A DNA stretch of 64,000 nucleotides from Ranitomeya imitator (taxonomy: Eukaryota). Location: contig NC_091283.1 of the NCBI RefSeq assembly GCF_032444005.1, forward strand, positions 275,528,001 to 275,592,000, given 5' to 3'. A program made the position numbers and the translations under genes. The notes beneath the pieces are model-generated. The model did not search any database. It worked only from the letters and a program-made list of their open reading frames with translations, and was not told the DNA's origin. Shown here piece after piece: positions 23,071-35,780 of this stretch (positions are counted from its first letter, which is position 1; the number at the start of each line of letters is the position of its first letter).

Positions 23071-23894
23071 AGGTACCGTTACACTAAACAACTTACCAAC
23101 GATCACGACCAGCGATACGACCTGGCCGTGATCGTTGGTAAGTTGTTGTGTGGTCGCTGGGGAGCTGTCACACAGACAGCTCTCTCCAGCGACCAACGAT
23201 CAGGGGAAAGACTTCGGCATCGTTGAAACTGTCTTCAACGATGCCGAAGTCCCCGGGTAACCAGGGTAAATATCGGGTTACTAAGCGCAGGGCCGCGCTT
23301 AGTAACCCGATATTTACCCTGGTTACCATTGTAAAAGTAAAAAACAAACAAACAAAAAAAAACAGTACATACTCACATTCCGATGTCTGTCACATCCCCC
23401 TGCATCAGCTTCCCGCACTGACTGTCAGCGCCGGCCGGCCATAAAGCAGAGCACAGCGGTGATGTCACCGCTGTGCTCTGCTTTACGGCCGGCGCTCACA
23501 GTCAGTGCAGGGAAGCTGACACCGGGGGACGTGACAGACATCGGAATGTGAGTATGTACTGTTTTTTTTTTTTTTTTTACTTTTACAATGGTAACCAGGG
23601 TAAATATCGGGTTACTAAGCGCAGCCCTGCACTTAGTAACCCGATGATTACCCTGGTTACAAGTGAACACATCGCTGGATCGGCGTCACACACGCCGATC
23701 CAACGAAGACATAGGGTGATCAGCGACCAAAAAAAGGTCCTGATCATTCCCAGCGACCAACGATCTCCCAGCAGGGGCCTGATCGTTGGTCGCTGTCACG
23801 CATAACGATTTTGTTAACGATATCGTTGCTACGTCACAAAAAGCGTGACGTTGCAACGATATCGTTAACGAAATCGTTATGTGTGAAGGTACCT
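23071..23894. mobile_element. PIF/Harbinger-type MITE (AGGTACC termini, long internal palindromes)
   Basis: AGGTACC...GGTACCT termini with TTA/TAA flanks; same family as 39039-39734. Confidence 0.8.
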
Positions 23895-24324
23895 TAAAAC
23901 ATTTGCTTTGAGCTCAAAGAATGAATATATTCCATAAGCCCATCATCTGGGACTGCAAGCGAGACCCCATGTAGTGACGGCTCCATTGGGTCTACAATCC
24001 CCATCTACACAATGGGCCTAGTGGCTGTAAGAACAATGGAATGATAGAGTTTCTTGATTACTGCTCTTGGGATTGGCCTGATGTGTGATGCATAAGATGG
24101 AGCCTGCTCGTCTTCCTCCGCTATCACTGAATGGAAACATTGATTCCTGAGGCTAAACTGACGAGCAATCAAATCTCTAATAAAATACTATAATATTGAT
24201 GCAACCGGTGCTCTGTGCTGGAAAAATTCTGCATCCCGTAGAGCCGTCGATTCTGCACTCTACAGTCATTCATCCTATATTGTTTAGTAAGTGGTCAACA
24301 ACTACCTCCACCCTCAGAGCCGCA

Positions 24325-25575
24325 AACCACATAGAGAATAATGGAGCCTCCAGCACCGACCTCCACCCGCAGAGCCGCACTCCACATAGAGAATAATGGA
24401 GCCTCCAGCACCAACCTCCACCCAGAGCCGCACTCCACATAGAGAATAATGGAGCCTCCAGCACCGACCTCCACCCACAGAGCCGCACTCCACATAGAGA
24501 ATAATGGAGCCTCCAGCACCAACCTCCACCCAGAGCCGCACTCCACATAGAGAATAATGGAGCCTCCAGCACCGACCTCCACCCGCAGAGCCGCACTCCA
24601 CATAGAGAATAATGGAGCCTCCAGCACCAACCTCCACCCAGAGCCGCACTCCACATAGAGAATAATGGAGCCTCCAGCACCGACCTCCACCCACAGAGCC
24701 GCACTCCACATAGGGAATAATGGAGCCTCCAGCACCGACCTCCACCCGCAGAGCCGCACTCCACATATAGAATAATGGGGCCTCCAGCACCGACCTCCAC
24801 CCAGAGCCGCACTCCACATAGAGAATAATGGAGCCTCCAGCACCGACCTCCACCCACAGAGCCACACTCCACATAGAGAATAATGGAGCCTCCAGCACCG
24901 ACCTCCACCCGCAGAGCCGCACTCCACATAGAGAATAATGGGGCCTCCAGCACCGACCTCCACCCGCAGAGCCGCACTCCACATATAGAATAATGGGGCC
25001 TCCAGCACCGACCTCCACCCGCAGAGCCGCACTCCACATAGAGAATAATGGAGCCTCCAGCACCGACCTCCACCCGCAGAGCCGCACTCCACAGAGAATA
25101 ATGGGGCCTCCAGCACCGACCTCCACCCGCAGAGCCGCACTCCACATAGAGAATAATGGGGCCTCCAGCACCGACCTCCAACCGCAGAGCAATACTCCAC
25201 ATAGAGAATAATGGAGCCTCCAGCACCGACCTCCACCCGCAGAGCCGCACTCCACATAGAGAATAATGGAGCCTCCAGCACCGACCTCCACCCACAGAGC
25301 CACACTCCACATAGAGAATAATGGAGCCTCCAGCACCGACCTCCTCCCGCAGAGCCGCACTCCACATATAGAATAATGGAGCCTCCAGCACCGACCTCCA
25401 CCCGCAGAGCCGCACTCCACATAGAGAATAATGGAGCCTCCAGCACCGACCTCCACCCGCACTCCACATAGAGAATAATGGAGCCTCCAGCACCGACCTC
25501 CACCCGCAGAGCCGCACTCTTCATAGAGAATAATGGGGCCTCCAGTACCTACCTCCACCCGCAGAGCCGCACTCC
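24325..25575. repeat. ~52-55 bp minisatellite, ~23 copies, in intron 1 of gene A
   Basis: Unit CACATAGAGAATAATGGAGCCTCCAGCACCGACCTCCACCCGCAGAGCCGCACTC. Confidence 0.95.
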
Positions 25576-25600
25576 TCATATATGGCTGCTTTGTGTGCAC

Positions 25601-25790
25601 AGGACCTGTGATGAGGTCACAGGAGGGGAGGAGTCAGGGGTCACATGATCAGGGGCCTCAGTGTATGCAGGACTCTGCTGTGCTGGTTGTCATGGTGCTG
25701 GATGAGGGGAAGTTTCTGTGTGGGGTCAGGAGGGGTTTATAGTGTGGATGTAGTGGAGCCTTGTGTGCGAGGTGTGTGGAGCGGAGCAGC
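25601..25790 (-). promoter_or_regulatory. Putative promoter/non-coding first exon of gene A
   Basis: Homologous to 707-870; donor position reads GTGCAC here instead of GTGAGT. Confidence 0.5.
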
Positions 25791-25975
25791 ATGTGTATGT
25801 GGCACCCCTAGGGGTATTTGCCACAAAAATAGTTACTGACAGTAAGTACAAATACTAAAATAGCAAGACTGCACTACCACCTCCGGCCAGAAGGGGGAGC
25901 TCCAGAGACTCCCCTTGATCCATTCTGGTCTGAGAGAAGAAATGGCAGTTGGGCTAAGGAGCTGAAAGTGAGAGG

Positions 25976-26862
25976 CAGTGGCGTAACTACCACGGTCGCA
26001 GCAGTCGCCACTGCGACCGGGCCCGGGGGAAGTCAGGGGCCCCGGCAGGTCAGATGCACGCCGACACCAGCAAAAAGTTAAAAACTGTTGCCGTGCAGGT
26101 GATTCCTCCCGCACGGCAACAGACAGACCGGCCCTCCACCTGACCTGCCGGGCGCACACATCAGATCAGCAGCCGACGCCTGATCTGAAAGGAAGAGCTG
26201 AAGATCCTGTGGTGACGTCATCACTATCATAGGGCTTTCACCATTTATCAGCTCCGCCTCCTGATCACATGACGATGACGTCACCACAGGTCCTTCAGCT
26301 CTCAGCAGCTCAGTCCTGGTTGTGTGCAGCTCGTGTTCTCTGGTATCAACCAGCAGCAGATTTCCGGTTCCTGCTGTTCTGGTGAGATGTGGAGACAGGG
26401 GCAGAATGTGGAGACGGATGGGGCAGAATGTGGAGACGGATGGGGCAGAATGGGGAGACGGATGGGGCAGAATGCGGAGACGGATGGGGCAGAATGGGGA
26501 GACGGATGGGGCAGAATGCGGAGACGGATGGGGCAGAATGCGGAGTCGGATGGGGCAGAGTGCGGAGTCGGATGGGGCAGAGTGCGGAGTCGGATGGGGC
26601 AGAGTGAGGAGTCTGATGGGGCAGAGTGAGGAGTCTGATGGGGCAGAGTGCGGAGTCTGATGGGGCAGAGTGCGGAGTCTGATGGGGCAGAGTGCGGAGT
26701 CTGATGGGGCAGAGTGCGGAGTCTGATGGGGCAGAGTGCGGAGTCGGATGGGGCAGGAGCATGGGCAGGATGTGGATTTGGGTGAAAAATATTTTGGCGG
26801 GGGGGGGGGGGGCCCATTTGAAAGTTCGCACCGGGGCCCATAACTTTGTAGTTACGCCACTG
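25976..26862. mobile_element. hAT MITE in the 5' LTR, containing a 22-bp minisatellite
   Basis: CAGTGGCGTAACTAC TIRs; 8-bp TSD GTGAGAGG (25968-25975, 26863-26870); absent from the 3' LTR. Confidence 0.93.
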
Positions 26863-28051
26863 GTGAGAGGTCATACAATTGAATCTCTAACAGCCCTGTG
26901 ACTGTTACCAGGCCTAAATCACCGGCCTGAGGAGAAGAGGGATAGAGAAAAAGGACATTGTGAGAACCGGGTAGCATTAATCACTACCCAGAACAGGCGC
27001 AAAGACGGATACCGGATCCGTGGCTGTATTCATTATATATAATACAGCAACCGGAAAAACGTGAGGTGATATCAGCTTCACTAGGGCCGGACGCAGCAAC
27101 AGACACAGAGTTCAGCGGTACTCCCAGAGGGGGTAAACCGATAAAAGGACTCGGGTTGCCCGTCGAACCAGGACCCGGAGGGGACAGATTGGGCCGGCAG
27201 CCAGTTCACATACAGCAGCAGGGCCACACAGAAATTGCGCACAATAAGAGGCGAAGACCCCGGCAGGGTCAAAGTAACTCAGAGTTCCCATACAGACTCC
27301 GGTGACAGGACTGGTTGTAAATCCTTTTATGTTAAAGTAAACTGGTTAAACGTTTCAGTGCCTCAGTCTTTCATTTGGACAATAGCCATCTATCCAGGAT
27401 CGGGATCGTCACCGCTGGGAGAACCTGCTGCTGATCAAGTAAGTGCCTGTCCCCTCATGATACCCCTTACACTGTGCATTGCCTGAGGCCACAGCACCGG
27501 GTCAAGCCACCCGTGACATCCCCCTCAAGAGACAGACTCCATTGGTCCGGTGCTGGGTATCCCGGTCTCCTGGGCGTCACAATTGGCGTCACGAACAGGA
27601 TCTAGCCAGCCCGTATACCGGGTATTGTGTGCCGTGATTGGAGCCCAAAACTGTGAAAACTGGGATGAAAAATCTTGAAAATTGACTTTATTAAAGAAAA
27701 ATCCATTCCCCATTGAAAACTATTGAAAGTGACTTTTCCCCATTGGTTATAATGGAGTAAAGATGGCCGCCATCCCCTGAGGTAATCACTTCATAACCGT
27801 TAGGCACGAGACTGTTAATTGAGCTACGCCATCACCTGAGCCCCAGTCTAACTGAAAAACTTCAGAATCCGCCATTACAGAGCGCGGTGGGTGGGAGCAG
27901 CAGGGGGCGTGTCATTGTGGGCGGCACCAAGCTGAGCGCTCTGACATCAGAGCAAGGGGAAAATCGATCCTGCTGCACAGCGGAACGAATCTACACTATC
28001 CCGACGGAAGCGGAGGACCGGAAGGGTCCGGATTAACTAAGGGGGCACAGT

Positions 28052-29092
28052 ATGTCGCAGCACGGAGACGCCGCAGCACCCGGCAACGCTAATGCAGCTG
28101 AAAGACAGAGTGTCAATAGAGAGTCCGGCAGCGCAGCGGTGCAAGGAGTGGCGCCCATCATGCCGGTGCTGATGCCATATACCCCGGGTGGCCCATGGCT
28201 TCCAATGTATGAAGGTGAGCCTAATACCCTTGACGATTTCAGAGAAAAGATGCTGGCCCATTTTGACATGTTCCCTGTGGGTGAAGTTCAGCGTGTTAGT
28301 CTCCTGATGATGCAGTTAAGTGGCCATGCTAAGCGAGAAGTCACAGCATGGGCAGCTGATCTAAAAGGCACTGTTGAACGCATATTTGCTGGATTAAAAG
28401 CTACATTTGAAACCACGGCCAGCAGCAAAGCTAAAATACGATTCTTTAATTGCAAACAAAAAGCTAATGAGGGCGTGAGAGACTTTGCCTTAAACCTGCA
28501 GGAAGCCCTTAAATCACTTACACTGGCTGAACCCATTTTTAACACCGGAGCGGATAAACTGCTAAGAGATCAATTTATTGAGGGACTCTACACCCCTTCT
28601 CACCGGGGGCATGTGAGCATGCTTGTTTTTAAGAACCCTGAATTGACATTTGCCCAATTAAAGGAGAGCGCTATACGTCTCCAGCTGGCAGAGGCACCTC
28701 GGGATCAGGATCCTGCGCAACCCATGGCAGAGGCACCTCAACAACAGGGAGTGCCAGTGACATCAGCTATGTCTGGGGCCATTGCTAAGCCCCTGGGGCC
28801 CAGTACTAATGAGGCTCTTCAACAAAAGCTTGACTCTTTAGCTGATGTTGTTGCTTCAATGGCTAAAACCATGCAGGAGATGAGAGGACACAAGATGGAG
28901 TTGGCAAACTGTAGAGAGGATGTTCCATGGATGAGACCCCGGAGATACCCGACATGGAGAGGACGACCCCGCGACCGCTACCAACCGGATGAACAGCCCA
29001 TTTGCCGCCGTTGCCAGCAGCCAGGCCACTTTGCACGAGATTGTGATTTAAACGGGAATCCCCTGGGAATGCGGGCCGCTTCGCAGGAATGA
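28052..29092 (+). CDS. gag: Gypsy gag with CCHC zinc knuckle
   Basis: 346-aa ORF ending in CRRCQQPGHFARDC. Confidence 0.9.
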   Translation: MSQHGDAAAPGNANAAERQSVNRESGSAAVQGVAPIMPVLMPYTPGGPWLPMYEGEPNTLDDFREKMLAHFDMFPVGEVQRVSLLMMQLSGHAKREVTAWAADLKGTVERIFAGLKATFETTASSKAKIRFFNCKQKANEGVRDFALNLQEALKSLTLAEPIFNTGADKLLRDQFIEGLYTPSHRGHVSMLVFKNPELTFAQLKESAIRLQLAEAPRDQDPAQPMAEAPQQQGVPVTSAMSGAIAKPLGPSTNEALQQKLDSLADVVASMAKTMQEMRGHKMELANCREDVPWMRPRRYPTWRGRPRDRYQPDEQPICRRCQQPGHFARDCDLNGNPLGMRAASQE

Positions 29093-32000
29093 ACTTTCAA
29101 GGCCCAACACCCTGGCACGACAGGTACATCGGAGGACGACCCATTATCCCGATCGTGCTGGACGGAATTCCCCTCAACGTTTTGCTGGACACAGGTTCCC
29201 AGATTTCATCTATACCGTATATCCTTTATAAGAGGTACTGGGCTGATGCAGATATTGATAAAGGGCCCTCTGATGTTGAACTAGATATATGGGCCAGTAA
29301 TGGTAAGTTGGTACCGAAACTAGGATTCAGGGAGATGACCATAAAGATTGGTAAAGTAGAACTGAAGAAACAGGGTATAATTGTTGTTGATGTTGACCGG
29401 CGGAACTGTGAACCAACTGTATTGATAGGAATGAATGTGTTAGAGAACTGCTTTTCCGAAGTCATTTCTGTCTTACAGCAAATTGCTGAAACTGCCCAAT
29501 CCTGCCAGCAGAGAGTTCTCCGGAGGGAAATAAAAGTATTGATGTTAAGGCAACAGGTAGAAGTTGCAGGTGGAGAAATCGGCAGTGTGAGGGTAAGTGA
29601 TCCAACGTCTATTGTAATCCCACCAAAAACAGAAATGCTGGTATGGTGTAGAGCAGCCATTGGTACTAAGGGACGAGATTATCAAGCCTTAATAGAACCA
29701 GTGTACACCGACAGCAGGCCCACTATACTCACAGCACGAGGGATAGTCAAGGTACACCGGGGACGAGTGCCGGTACGACTTTTGAACTGTGGAGAGGAAG
29801 AGGTCACTTTGCCAAGGTATGCTACAATGGCAAAGCTATATACTGTTGACAACAATGCCATCACAACCATTGAGCCCTTAGAACCAACCTGTCAGGTGGA
29901 AGGCAATGGCTCAGATGGAGAAATGGAGGATTGGTGCCAACAGCTACACGTGGGCATAAATTCAACACCTACCCATCAAAAACAAGGGGTGTATAGGCTA
30001 GTGACGGAATATGAACAAGTCTTCAGTAAACACCCATTGGACTTCGGACGGATAGAAGGGGTAGAACACACAATCCCCACAGGTGACCATCCCCCAATAA
30101 AAGAAAGATATAGACCCATACCGCCCGCTCACTATCAATGTGCAAAAGATATGCTGAGGGAAATGAAACAGGCCGGGGTAATAAGAGACAGCTGTAGCCC
30201 CTGGGCGGCCCCTGTAGTGATTGTCAAAAAAAAGGACGGAACCATGAGAATGTGCGTAGACTACCGGAAGATTAATAACATCACCCATAAAGACGCCTAC
30301 CCCTTGCCTAGGATAGAAGAGTCCTTAACTGCTTTGAAATCTGCTAATTATTTTTCCACCTTAGACTTAACAAGCGGGTATTGGCAAGTCCCTGTGGCTG
30401 AGAGAGATAAGGAAAAGACGGCATTCACCACACCAATGGGTCTATGTGAATTTAATCGCATGCCGTTCGGACTCTGCAACGCATCCGGTACCTTCCAGCG
30501 GCTGATGGAATGCTGCCTCGGACACAAGAACTTCGAGACCGTCCTCCTGTACCTAGATGATGTGATCGTCTACTCAAAGACTTACGAACAACACTTAATA
30601 GACCTGGCAGAAGTGTTCGAAGCCTTATCCAGGTATGGCATGAAAGTCAAGCCATCCAAATGTCACCTTCTCAAGCCAAAGGTACAGTACCTGGGACACA
30701 TCGTGAGTTCGGAGGGAGTAGCACCAGATCCCGAGAAAATAAGCGCCATAAGGGATTGGCCAAGACCTACCAGCGCAAAAGAAGTGAGACAATTCCTGGG
30801 ATTGGTGGGTTACTATCGCAGATTTATAAAAGGATTTACCAAGTTGGCAGCACCCTTGCAAGACACCTTGGTAGGGCAGACGAAGAAACCTTCAAACCGA
30901 AACCCTCCTTTTCAGTGGAACGACGAAAGGGAAGACTCCTTTGAACAACTAAAGAAGGCACTAACCGGAGAAGAGGTTCTGGCATACCCAGAGTACCATA
31001 AACCTTTCATCCTCTACACCGATGCCAGTAATGTGGGACTAGGAGCGGTGCTGTCACAAAAGCAAGAAGGTCGGGAGAAAGTCATCGCCTTTGCAAGTAG
31101 AAAGCTCCGGCCTACTGAAAGAAATTCAGAAAATTACAGCTCCTTCAAATTGGAACTACTGGCAGTAGTTTGGGCTGTGACGGAGCGTTTCAAACACTAT
31201 CTGGCCGCTGCAGAATTTATTGTCTATACTGACAACAATCCGTTGACCCACCTGGACACAGCTAAATTAGGTGCGTTAGAACAGCGATGGATAGCCCGGT
31301 TATCTAATTACAACTTCATAATCAAGTATCGAGCAGGTCGCAAGAATGGAAATGCCGATGCCCTATCCCGGATGCCACACTTGAGAGATGTAGAAGAGGA
31401 AACGGGGGAGCTTGAAGAAATTGAACTACCAGCCTTCCATCGTCCCAAGGCAAAACATCATCAGTCAAGTACCTATCAGAAACAACAAGAGGTGAATTTT
31501 AATCCGTTAGCACACCATAGATGGGCTGACACCCAAGACAGCAATCCGGCTGTGAAGTTGGTGAAAGGACTGTTGACTGAGCAAAGTGCATATCCCGATG
31601 AGGATGCCCCAGAAGAGACGCATCAACTCTGGAAAGAGAGAGGCAAAATGTTCCTGTATCAAGGGAAGCTCTGTAGAAGATACACCAATCCGAAAACACA
31701 TGAATTGGTTTGGCAGATTATTGTGCCTAAACAAGATGTGAAGATGGTCCTCGAAGCTTACCATAATGGTGCTGGTCACTTCGGTTGGAAAAAGTTAGAA
31801 GTACTTCTAAGAGAAAGATTTTATTGGGTCGGGATGAGAAAATCAATCGAACAGTGGTGCAGAAATTGTGGCCCGTGCAACCTCAGAAGAAACGATCAAA
31901 AGAACCAAAGAGCACCACTGCAGCCCATAATCACCAAACAACCACTTGAACTTGTAGCCATGGACCATGTGAAGTTGACACCAAGCCGGTCCGGCTATGT

Positions 32001-33235
32001 CTATGCCTTGACCATCGTGGACCATTATTCACGCTTCTTGGTAGTAGTACCCGTAAAAGATCTGACAGCAAAAACAGCAGCCAAAGCGTTCCAAACGTAC
32101 TTTTGTAGACCCCATGGATATCCGGAACAGGTTCTCACCGACCAAGGTACAGCCTTTGAATCAGAGATCTTCAGAGAATTCTGTAATATGTATGGTTGCA
32201 AAAAGATCCGGACGACGGCCTATCATCCACAAACAAACGGCTTATGCGAGAAGATGAACCATATTGTAATAGACCTACTAAAGACTTTACCTGAGACAGA
32301 AAGGAATCAATGGCCAGAGAAATTGCCTGACTTGGTGGATCTGTATAATCATGTCCCGGTGAGCTCCACCAACTGCACCCCAGCTTACCTTATGCGTGCA
32401 AGACCCGGCCAATTACCAATCGATCTAGAAATGGGAATTCTGAAACCAGACGCAGAAGTTCAAGACTCCAATTTGGGATATCATACGGCAAAAGCAGTAT
32501 CGCCAAGTGCAAGAGAGTGTGGAAAGAAGCCTTCAGCAAACTAGAGAAAGACAAGAGCGAACTTTCAACCAGAATGCTCTAGCGACCCCATTAAGACCGG
32601 GTGACCAAGTGCTCAAGAGAAATCGTCGAACCAATAAACTGGACAATCAGTGGGAAGCCGTACCCTACACAGTTTTACCAACAAGAGTGGATAATCCTAA
32701 AATGTGTCTCATTAGTAAAAACGGAGGCTTAACATCTGTACTAGTGTCAAGAGACAATCTTAAATTATGTCCGGAAGCATTGAAAGAGCCAGACGTTGTC
32801 CAGCCAGAACCAGAAGTTATTCAACCCATACAGGTTCAACCAGTAAAGGAAAAAGAAGAGGAAGTGTATCACACCTGTATAGGAGACTTTCCCAAAACTC
32901 TACTAACATACCATGGTGCAGTAGTGGTTCCCATGGTGGCCTTTTACCCAACACCGAACCCAATACCAAAAGTCCCAAGACAGGAAGAGGCTGACCCCGT
33001 ACTACAGGAGGTTCCAGGCCAGGAAGAACAGATTCCTGGTCAGAGTAATCCCATTCACGGTGGACTTGCCAACTCCATAGTCGTGGAATTATCTTTAGCA
33101 GAGCGGGCAGATACTACATCCGCAGTAGACAGTAGTACACCACATGAAGAGACACCGCTATTACGTAGATCACAGCGTAGTACCCAGGGTCAATTACCGG
33201 CCAGGTATGCAGATTACCAACTATATAGCTCATAA
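29089..33235 (+). CDS. pol: Gypsy pol (protease, RT, RNase H, integrase) with one +1 frameshift near 32473
   Basis: LDTGS protease, YLDD RT, TDAS RNase H, HHCC and DDE integrase in 29089-32544; the integrase C-terminus (GDQVL) continues in 32507-33235. Confidence 0.93.
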
Positions 33236-34593
33236 TGTGAATTGTATATATGTTATGCCGTATATAGTTAAACAGAAAATGTAGTATAGTCATTGTTATC
33301 AGTCTGCAACGTTTAAGCCCAGTGCCTACAGAGACTTGTCTGTATGAACTTATTGCATATTCTTGAACTTTTTATCAGCCCGGAGGCACTAAATCAAAGC
33401 TCCGGAAAGACGGCTTTTTGAACTTTGCTTTTTGCTCTTTTTGAACTTTCTTTAGACTTTATATTGATAACTCCGTTGGAAAAATGGAACTAAATTCCTG
33501 GACACTAAGTACAGTGCCTTTCCTAATACCTTCAAGGATAGAACTGTATTAATGGACGCTATTTGAAGTGACTTTTTACAGAACTCTATTTTTGTTTCCT
33601 TGAGTGGTTTTTGTAACTTTTCATTTTTAAGACTCTGTACATATTGTTATTTCAAAATGTTATTGTCCCACAGTCCCGGAGTACTGTTCTTAACTAAGGG
33701 GGAATGTGGCACCCCTAGGGGTATTTGCCACAAAAATAGTTACTGACAGTAAGTACAAATACTAAAATAGCAAGACTGCACTACCACCTCCGGCCAGAAG
33801 GGGGAGCTCCAGAGACTCCCCTTGATCCATTCTGGTCTGAGAGAAGAAATGGCAGTTGGGCTAAGGAGCTGAAAGTGAGAGGTCATACAATTGAATCTCT
33901 AACAGCCCTGTGACTGTTACCAGGCCTAAATCACCGGCCTGAGGAGAAGAGGGATAGAGAAAAAGGACATTGTGAGAACCGGGTAGCATTAATCACTACC
34001 CAGAACAGGCGCAAAGACGGATACCGGATCCGTGGCTGTATTCATTATATATAATACAGCAACCGGAAAAACGTGAGGTGATATCAGCTTCACTAGGGCC
34101 GGACGCAGCAACAGACACAGAGTTCAGCGGTACTCCCAGAGGGGGTAAACCGATAAAAGGACTCGGGTTGCCCGTCGAACCAGGACCCGGAGGGGACAGA
34201 TTGGGCCGGCAGCCAGTTCACATACAGCAGCAGGGCCACACAGAAATTGCGCACAATAAGAGGCGAAGACCCCGGCAGGGTCAAAGTAACTCAGAGTTCC
34301 CATACAGACTCCGGTGACAGGACTGGTTGTAAATCCTTTTATGTTAAAGTAAACTGGTTAAACGTTTCAGTGCCTCAGTCTTTCATTTGGACAATAGCCA
34401 TCTATCCAGGATCGGGATCGTCACCGCTGGGAGAACCTGCTGCTGATCAAGTAAGTGCCTGTCCCCTCATGATACCCCTTACACTGTGCATTGCCTGAGG
34501 CCACAGCACCGGGTCAAGCCACCCGTGACATCCCCCTCAAGAGACAGACTCCATTGGTCCGGTGCTGGGTATCCCGGTCTCCTGGGCGTCACA

Positions 34594-35050
34594 TGTACAA
34601 GGTGTACTGAGCGGAGTTGCATGTGTATGAGGTGTACGGAGCAGAGCCGTGTGTGTACTAGGTGTACGGGTGGTGCCGCATGTATATAAGGTGTGCGGAG
34701 AGGAGCTGCGTGTATACAAGGTGTACGGAGCGGAGCCGCGTGTGTATGGGGTGAAGCCATGTGTGTTCGAGGTGTACATAGCGGAGCTGGGTGTGTATGA
34801 AGTGTATGGAGCGGAGCCACGTGTACGAGGTGTAGGGAGCGGAGCCGCGTGTACGAGGTGTACGGAGCAGAGCTGCGTGCGTACGAAGTATACGGAACGG
34901 AGCCGCGTGTGTACGAGGTGTGCGTAGTGGAGCTGCGTGCATACGAGGTGTACGGAGCAGAGCCGCGTGTATACAAGGTGTGCGTAGCGTTGCCGCGTGT
35001 ATACGAGGTGTGCGTAGCGGAGCCGTGTGTGTATGAGGTGTACGGAGAGG
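34594..35050. repeat. ~27-32 bp minisatellite (GTGTACGGAGCGGAGCCGC core); the Gypsy element inserted into its edge
   Basis: Repeated GTGTACGGAGC/GGAGCCGCGTGT units; a related unit lies left of the 5' LTR at ~25770-25797. Confidence 0.85.
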
Positions 35051-35053
35051 AGT

Positions 35054-35780
35054 CGTGGAGACACAAGGGGTTGGCTGGCTTCCAGGTCCGCTAGTCGAAA
35101 CCGCATGGATCGGGGCTCACACCACTGAACGTCCGCTCTCTCTCCCCATGGGCAGAAAACTACTCAGACAACACAGGGTGAGGGTCCCGTGTGGCAATGC
35201 TTTATTGAACCACAAAACAGGCAGATAGCACGTAGATCAGTCCCGGCACAATACCCAGGATGGTGCACATTACAAAGTCTCGCCCTTCGGCCGGGATCAC
35301 ACATGCGAGAAATACGTCAGAGTCTCGCATGGTAATACCTGCCATTCCCGCCGTCAGGAGGGGAGTGTGCGGCTGCATGTATTGCTATGCGGCCTCTGCT
35401 CCGCTGCTGAGTGACGGAAGCAATGCCAGGTATTACCATGCGAGACTCGGACGTATTTCTCACATGTGCGATCCCGTCCTTCCGCTGACTCGCCGGGATA
35501 ATGGCAGCTGTGACTTCAGAGGTTCCAAGGTTGACTACCTACCCCACCTGTGGCACGCACAGGGACAAGGTAATGACATTCAGGTACAAGGCCAGGAGAC
35601 CGGAGGGTCCCATTCCTGGTTTTCACAAACGTATCCATGGTTCAGCGAGGGTCAATGGAGTAGATCTGTATTCTTTCAGCCCGGGCGGTGGTCCCCTAAG
35701 CTGGAATCCTGTGGAATGACAAATCTGTGTCCCTTGTGATGGAGCCATGATCTCTTGGCTGCTGTCTAGAAGAGTCGCTG
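35054..35780. mobile_element. LTR-retroelement fragment related to the 2088-9475 unit
   Basis: 35060-35220 aligns with 2090-2290; ~35590-35770 aligns with the reverse complement of ~8950-9180. Confidence 0.6.

Larger units (their letters stand above)
25798..34593 (+). mobile_element. Ty3/Gypsy LTR retrotransposon, near intact and young
   Basis: LTRs 25798-27581 (with hAT insert) and 33705-34593 (889 bp); TG...CA; TSD TGTA; PBS TGGCGTCACGAACAGGAT at 27584-27601 (matches the tRNA-Ser(CGA) 3' end as recalled); PPT AAGGGGGAA at 33696-33704. Confidence 0.97.

Noticed and set aside
24325-25575. CRISPR-like regular repeat array
   Set aside because: Units are contiguous with no unique spacers, there are no cas genes, and the context is eukaryotic
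24270-25600. Three overlapping minus-strand ORFs of 409-428 aa
   Set aside because: They are translations of the 52-55 bp minisatellite, periodic in all frames and intronic
26302-26901. Repetitive ORFs of 100-190 aa
   Set aside because: They translate the 22-bp minisatellite in the hAT MITE
27066-27486. Identical small ORFs repeated at 34078-34498
   Set aside because: They are duplicated only because they lie in the two LTRs, and there is no sign of coding function
34479-35106. His/Thr-rich ORFs of ~190 aa
   Set aside because: They translate the ~30-bp minisatellite and LTR end
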